A stretch of DNA of 40,571 bases from Chloroflexota bacterium (GTDB taxonomy: Bacteria; Chloroflexota; Anaerolineae; 4572-78; NAK82), in assembly GCA_024276515.1 (NCBI GenBank), contig JAJRXB010000341.1, positions 1 to 40,571 of the forward strand, given 5' to 3'. Below the pieces are notes generated by a model that worked only from the letters and a program-made list of their open reading frames with translations, was not told the DNA's origin and searched no databases. Positions within the stretch are counted from its first letter, which is position 1. Each line of letters opens with the position of its first letter. This document shows, piece after piece, positions 39,166 through 40,571 of this stretch. Position numbers and translations under genes: made by a program.

Positions 39166-39845
39166 AAGTCACCATCAAACTTTTTGCCAGATTGAGAGAA
39201 GCCGTCGGCGCCGGAAAACTGGAACGCGAACTGAGCGACGGCGCTACCATCGAGGATTTGCTGAATGCCCTCCACGCCGAGTTCCCTCGCCTGGCCGATC
39301 TGACAGCGCGCACCATCGTCTCCGTCAACCAGGAATTCGCCACCCCCGACAGCCGGCTGCGCGACGGAGACGAAGTCGCCATCTTCCCCCCTGTCAGCGG
39401 CGGGGGGGATTCGTTCCGCGTCACCTTTGATCCCATCAGCATCGACGAGGTGGCGCAAGCGGTGGTGCGTCCGCACACCGGCGCGGTGACGACCTTCGTC
39501 GGCGTGGTGCGCAACGTGTCGGGGGGCAAGGCAGTGGCCTACCTGGAATACGAGGCCTACGAAGAGATGGCCGTCGCCAAAATGCGGCAGGTCGCCGACG
39601 AAGCGCGCAGGCAATGGCCGCAAATCGTGGACGTCGCCATCGTGCAGCGCATCGGGCACCTGGAGGTGGGCGACGTGGCGGTGGTGATTGCCGTGTCGAG
39701 CGGTCATCGCGACGAGGGATGTTTTGAAGCGTGCCGCTACGCCATTGACCGTCTCAAACAAATCGTACCTGTTTGGAAAAAGGAAGTAGGCCCAACCGGC
39801 GAAGAATGGGTGGAGGGCCACTACCTGCCGACGACGACCGACTGA
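39162..39845 (+). CDS. moaE: Molybdopterin synthase MoaD-MoaE fusion (MoaX-like)
   Basis: N-terminal MoaD (LFARLRE...VNQE...[14 protein letters not shown]) then MoaE ([24 protein letters not shown]); ATGA overlap with moaC. Confidence 0.92.
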   Translation: MKVTIKLFARLREAVGAGKLERELSDGATIEDLLNALHAEFPRLADLTARTIVSVNQEFATPDSRLRDGDEVAIFPPVSGGGDSFRVTFDPISIDEVAQAVVRPHTGAVTTFVGVVRNVSGGKAVAYLEYEAYEEMAVAKMRQVADEARRQWPQIVDVAIVQRIGHLEVGDVAVVIAVSSGHRDEGCFEACRYAIDRLKQIVPVWKKEVGPTGEEWVEGHYLPTTTD

Positions 39846-39847
39846 AC

Positions 39848-40066
39848 CTACAAGTCCAGGTCCATCACCTCGTCTGGGCCTACCAGGTGGTCGCGGGTCG
39901 CCACCACGGTGGAATCTTCCTCTTGCATCAGTCGCATGCGCTCCTGGGCCAGGTATCCATCCAACGCCCGGCGCACCACCTCCTCGGGCGATATCTCCTC
40001 GGACTGAGCTATCGTCTCCAGAGCTTCCCACTCCTGCCAGGTCAGCTCCACCGTCAATCGAGGCAT
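39848..40066 (-). CDS. Small ribbon-helix-helix/CopG-like protein
   Basis: RLTVEL..E.EALE.IA....S.EEVVRRAL pattern; GGGGGAG RBS. Confidence 0.6.
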   Translation of the reverse strand: MPRLTVELTWQEWEALETIAQSEEISPEEVVRRALDGYLAQERMRLMQEEDSTVVATRDHLVGPDEVMDLDL

Positions 40067-40097
40067 CGGACTTCTCCCCCGCGTGCGCAATTGACTT

Positions 40098-40258
40098 GGG
40101 TGTGTTTCATCTCAGTTGGAGTGCGGAATTTATTCCGTTTTTTGGGCCGTTGGCAGAATGAATTCTGCACTCCGGCCCGTCACCTCTACTCGTTTGAAAC
40201 ACACCCGAATGAATTCTGCACTCCGGCTGGTCCCCTCGACTCAATTTGAAACACACCC
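40098..40258. mobile_element. 161-bp MITE with perfect 12-bp TIRs, 9-bp TSD and an internal tandem duplication
   Basis: GGGTGTGTTTCA (40098-40109) / TGAAACACACCC (40247-40258); AATTGACTT at 40089-40097 and 40259-40267; ~51-bp unit repeated at 40156-40206 and 40207-40258. Confidence 0.82.
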
Positions 40259-40397
40259 AATTGACTTTGATTATACCATCGGCGGAACGCACCGCAAGTC
40301 CAATTGCTGCCTTATACCAATTGTGTGTTCAAGTACCGGCGTTGTCTACCCCTACGCCAAACAGGTGAGTTTGCAGCGTTCAAACTCGCAACTGGTA

Positions 40398-40571
40398 TTA
40401 TGTGTTGACCGAGGTCGTCACCTGGCGGCGGGGTGCCTGAACCGGCTGGCGGGTGGCGAGCAGGAAGCCGACGAACATCAGAATCACCCCCAACAGCAAG
40501 GCCAGGGATTGAAACTCGGGCCGACCGAACCGGGTGAATATGCCTCCCAACGCTGGCGACATTGCGCCGAC
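40398..40571 (-). CDS. C-terminal fragment of a membrane protein (runs off the window)
   Basis: Open frame VGAMSPALGGIFTRFGRPEFQSLALLLGVILMFVGFLLA...* ending at TAA 40398-40400. Confidence 0.6.
   Translation of the reverse strand, partial: VGAMSPALGGIFTRFGRPEFQSLALLLGVILMFVGFLLATRQPVQAPRRQVTTSVNT

Noticed and set aside
40156-40258. Repeat-spacer-like pattern resembling a mini CRISPR
   Set aside because: Only two units, the 'spacers' resemble each other, they lie inside TIRs/TSD, and no cas genes are present
40313-40398. Possible further MITE (ATACCAATTG...CAACTGGTAT)
   Set aside because: The inverted repeat is degenerate and has no clear target duplication

Overview
Bacterial chromosomal window whose gene content and intergenic repeats suggest Chloroflexota/Anaerolineae (inference). 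Left end: cytochrome c maturation genes ccmE-ccmF, a PD40/TolB-like beta-propeller fused to an M15-type peptidase domain, a lone receiver domain, a secreted metallophosphoesterase and a vapBC pair. Positions ~7.4-27.3 kb form one minus-strand ABC-transporter-dependent surface glycan locus: wecB, wzm, wzt with a C-terminal extension, a sulfotransferase with a 4x21-aa coiled coil, five GT2/GT4 glycosyltransferases, a small YLDPG protein + NoeA-like protein + LtaS-like membrane enzyme cassette, and fcl. Its core is visibly AT-richer than the flanks. Three MNT-HEPN pairs and a remnant of a fourth TA pair interrupt it, the wzt 5' end is duplicated, and two genes carry single in-frame stops. Right part: a class III aminotransferase + RPH/PigC-family PEP-utilising enzyme, an HTH_17-PocR regulator, an Rrf2 regulator, a cobalamin-riboswitch-controlled ECF transporter, moaC and a moaD-moaE fusion. 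Intergenic DNA holds at least four MITEs with terminal inverted repeats (TIRs) and target-site duplications (TSDs), plus several REP-like palindrome families. No rRNA, tRNA or CRISPR array was seen. All calls come from reading the sequence by eye; no searches were run.
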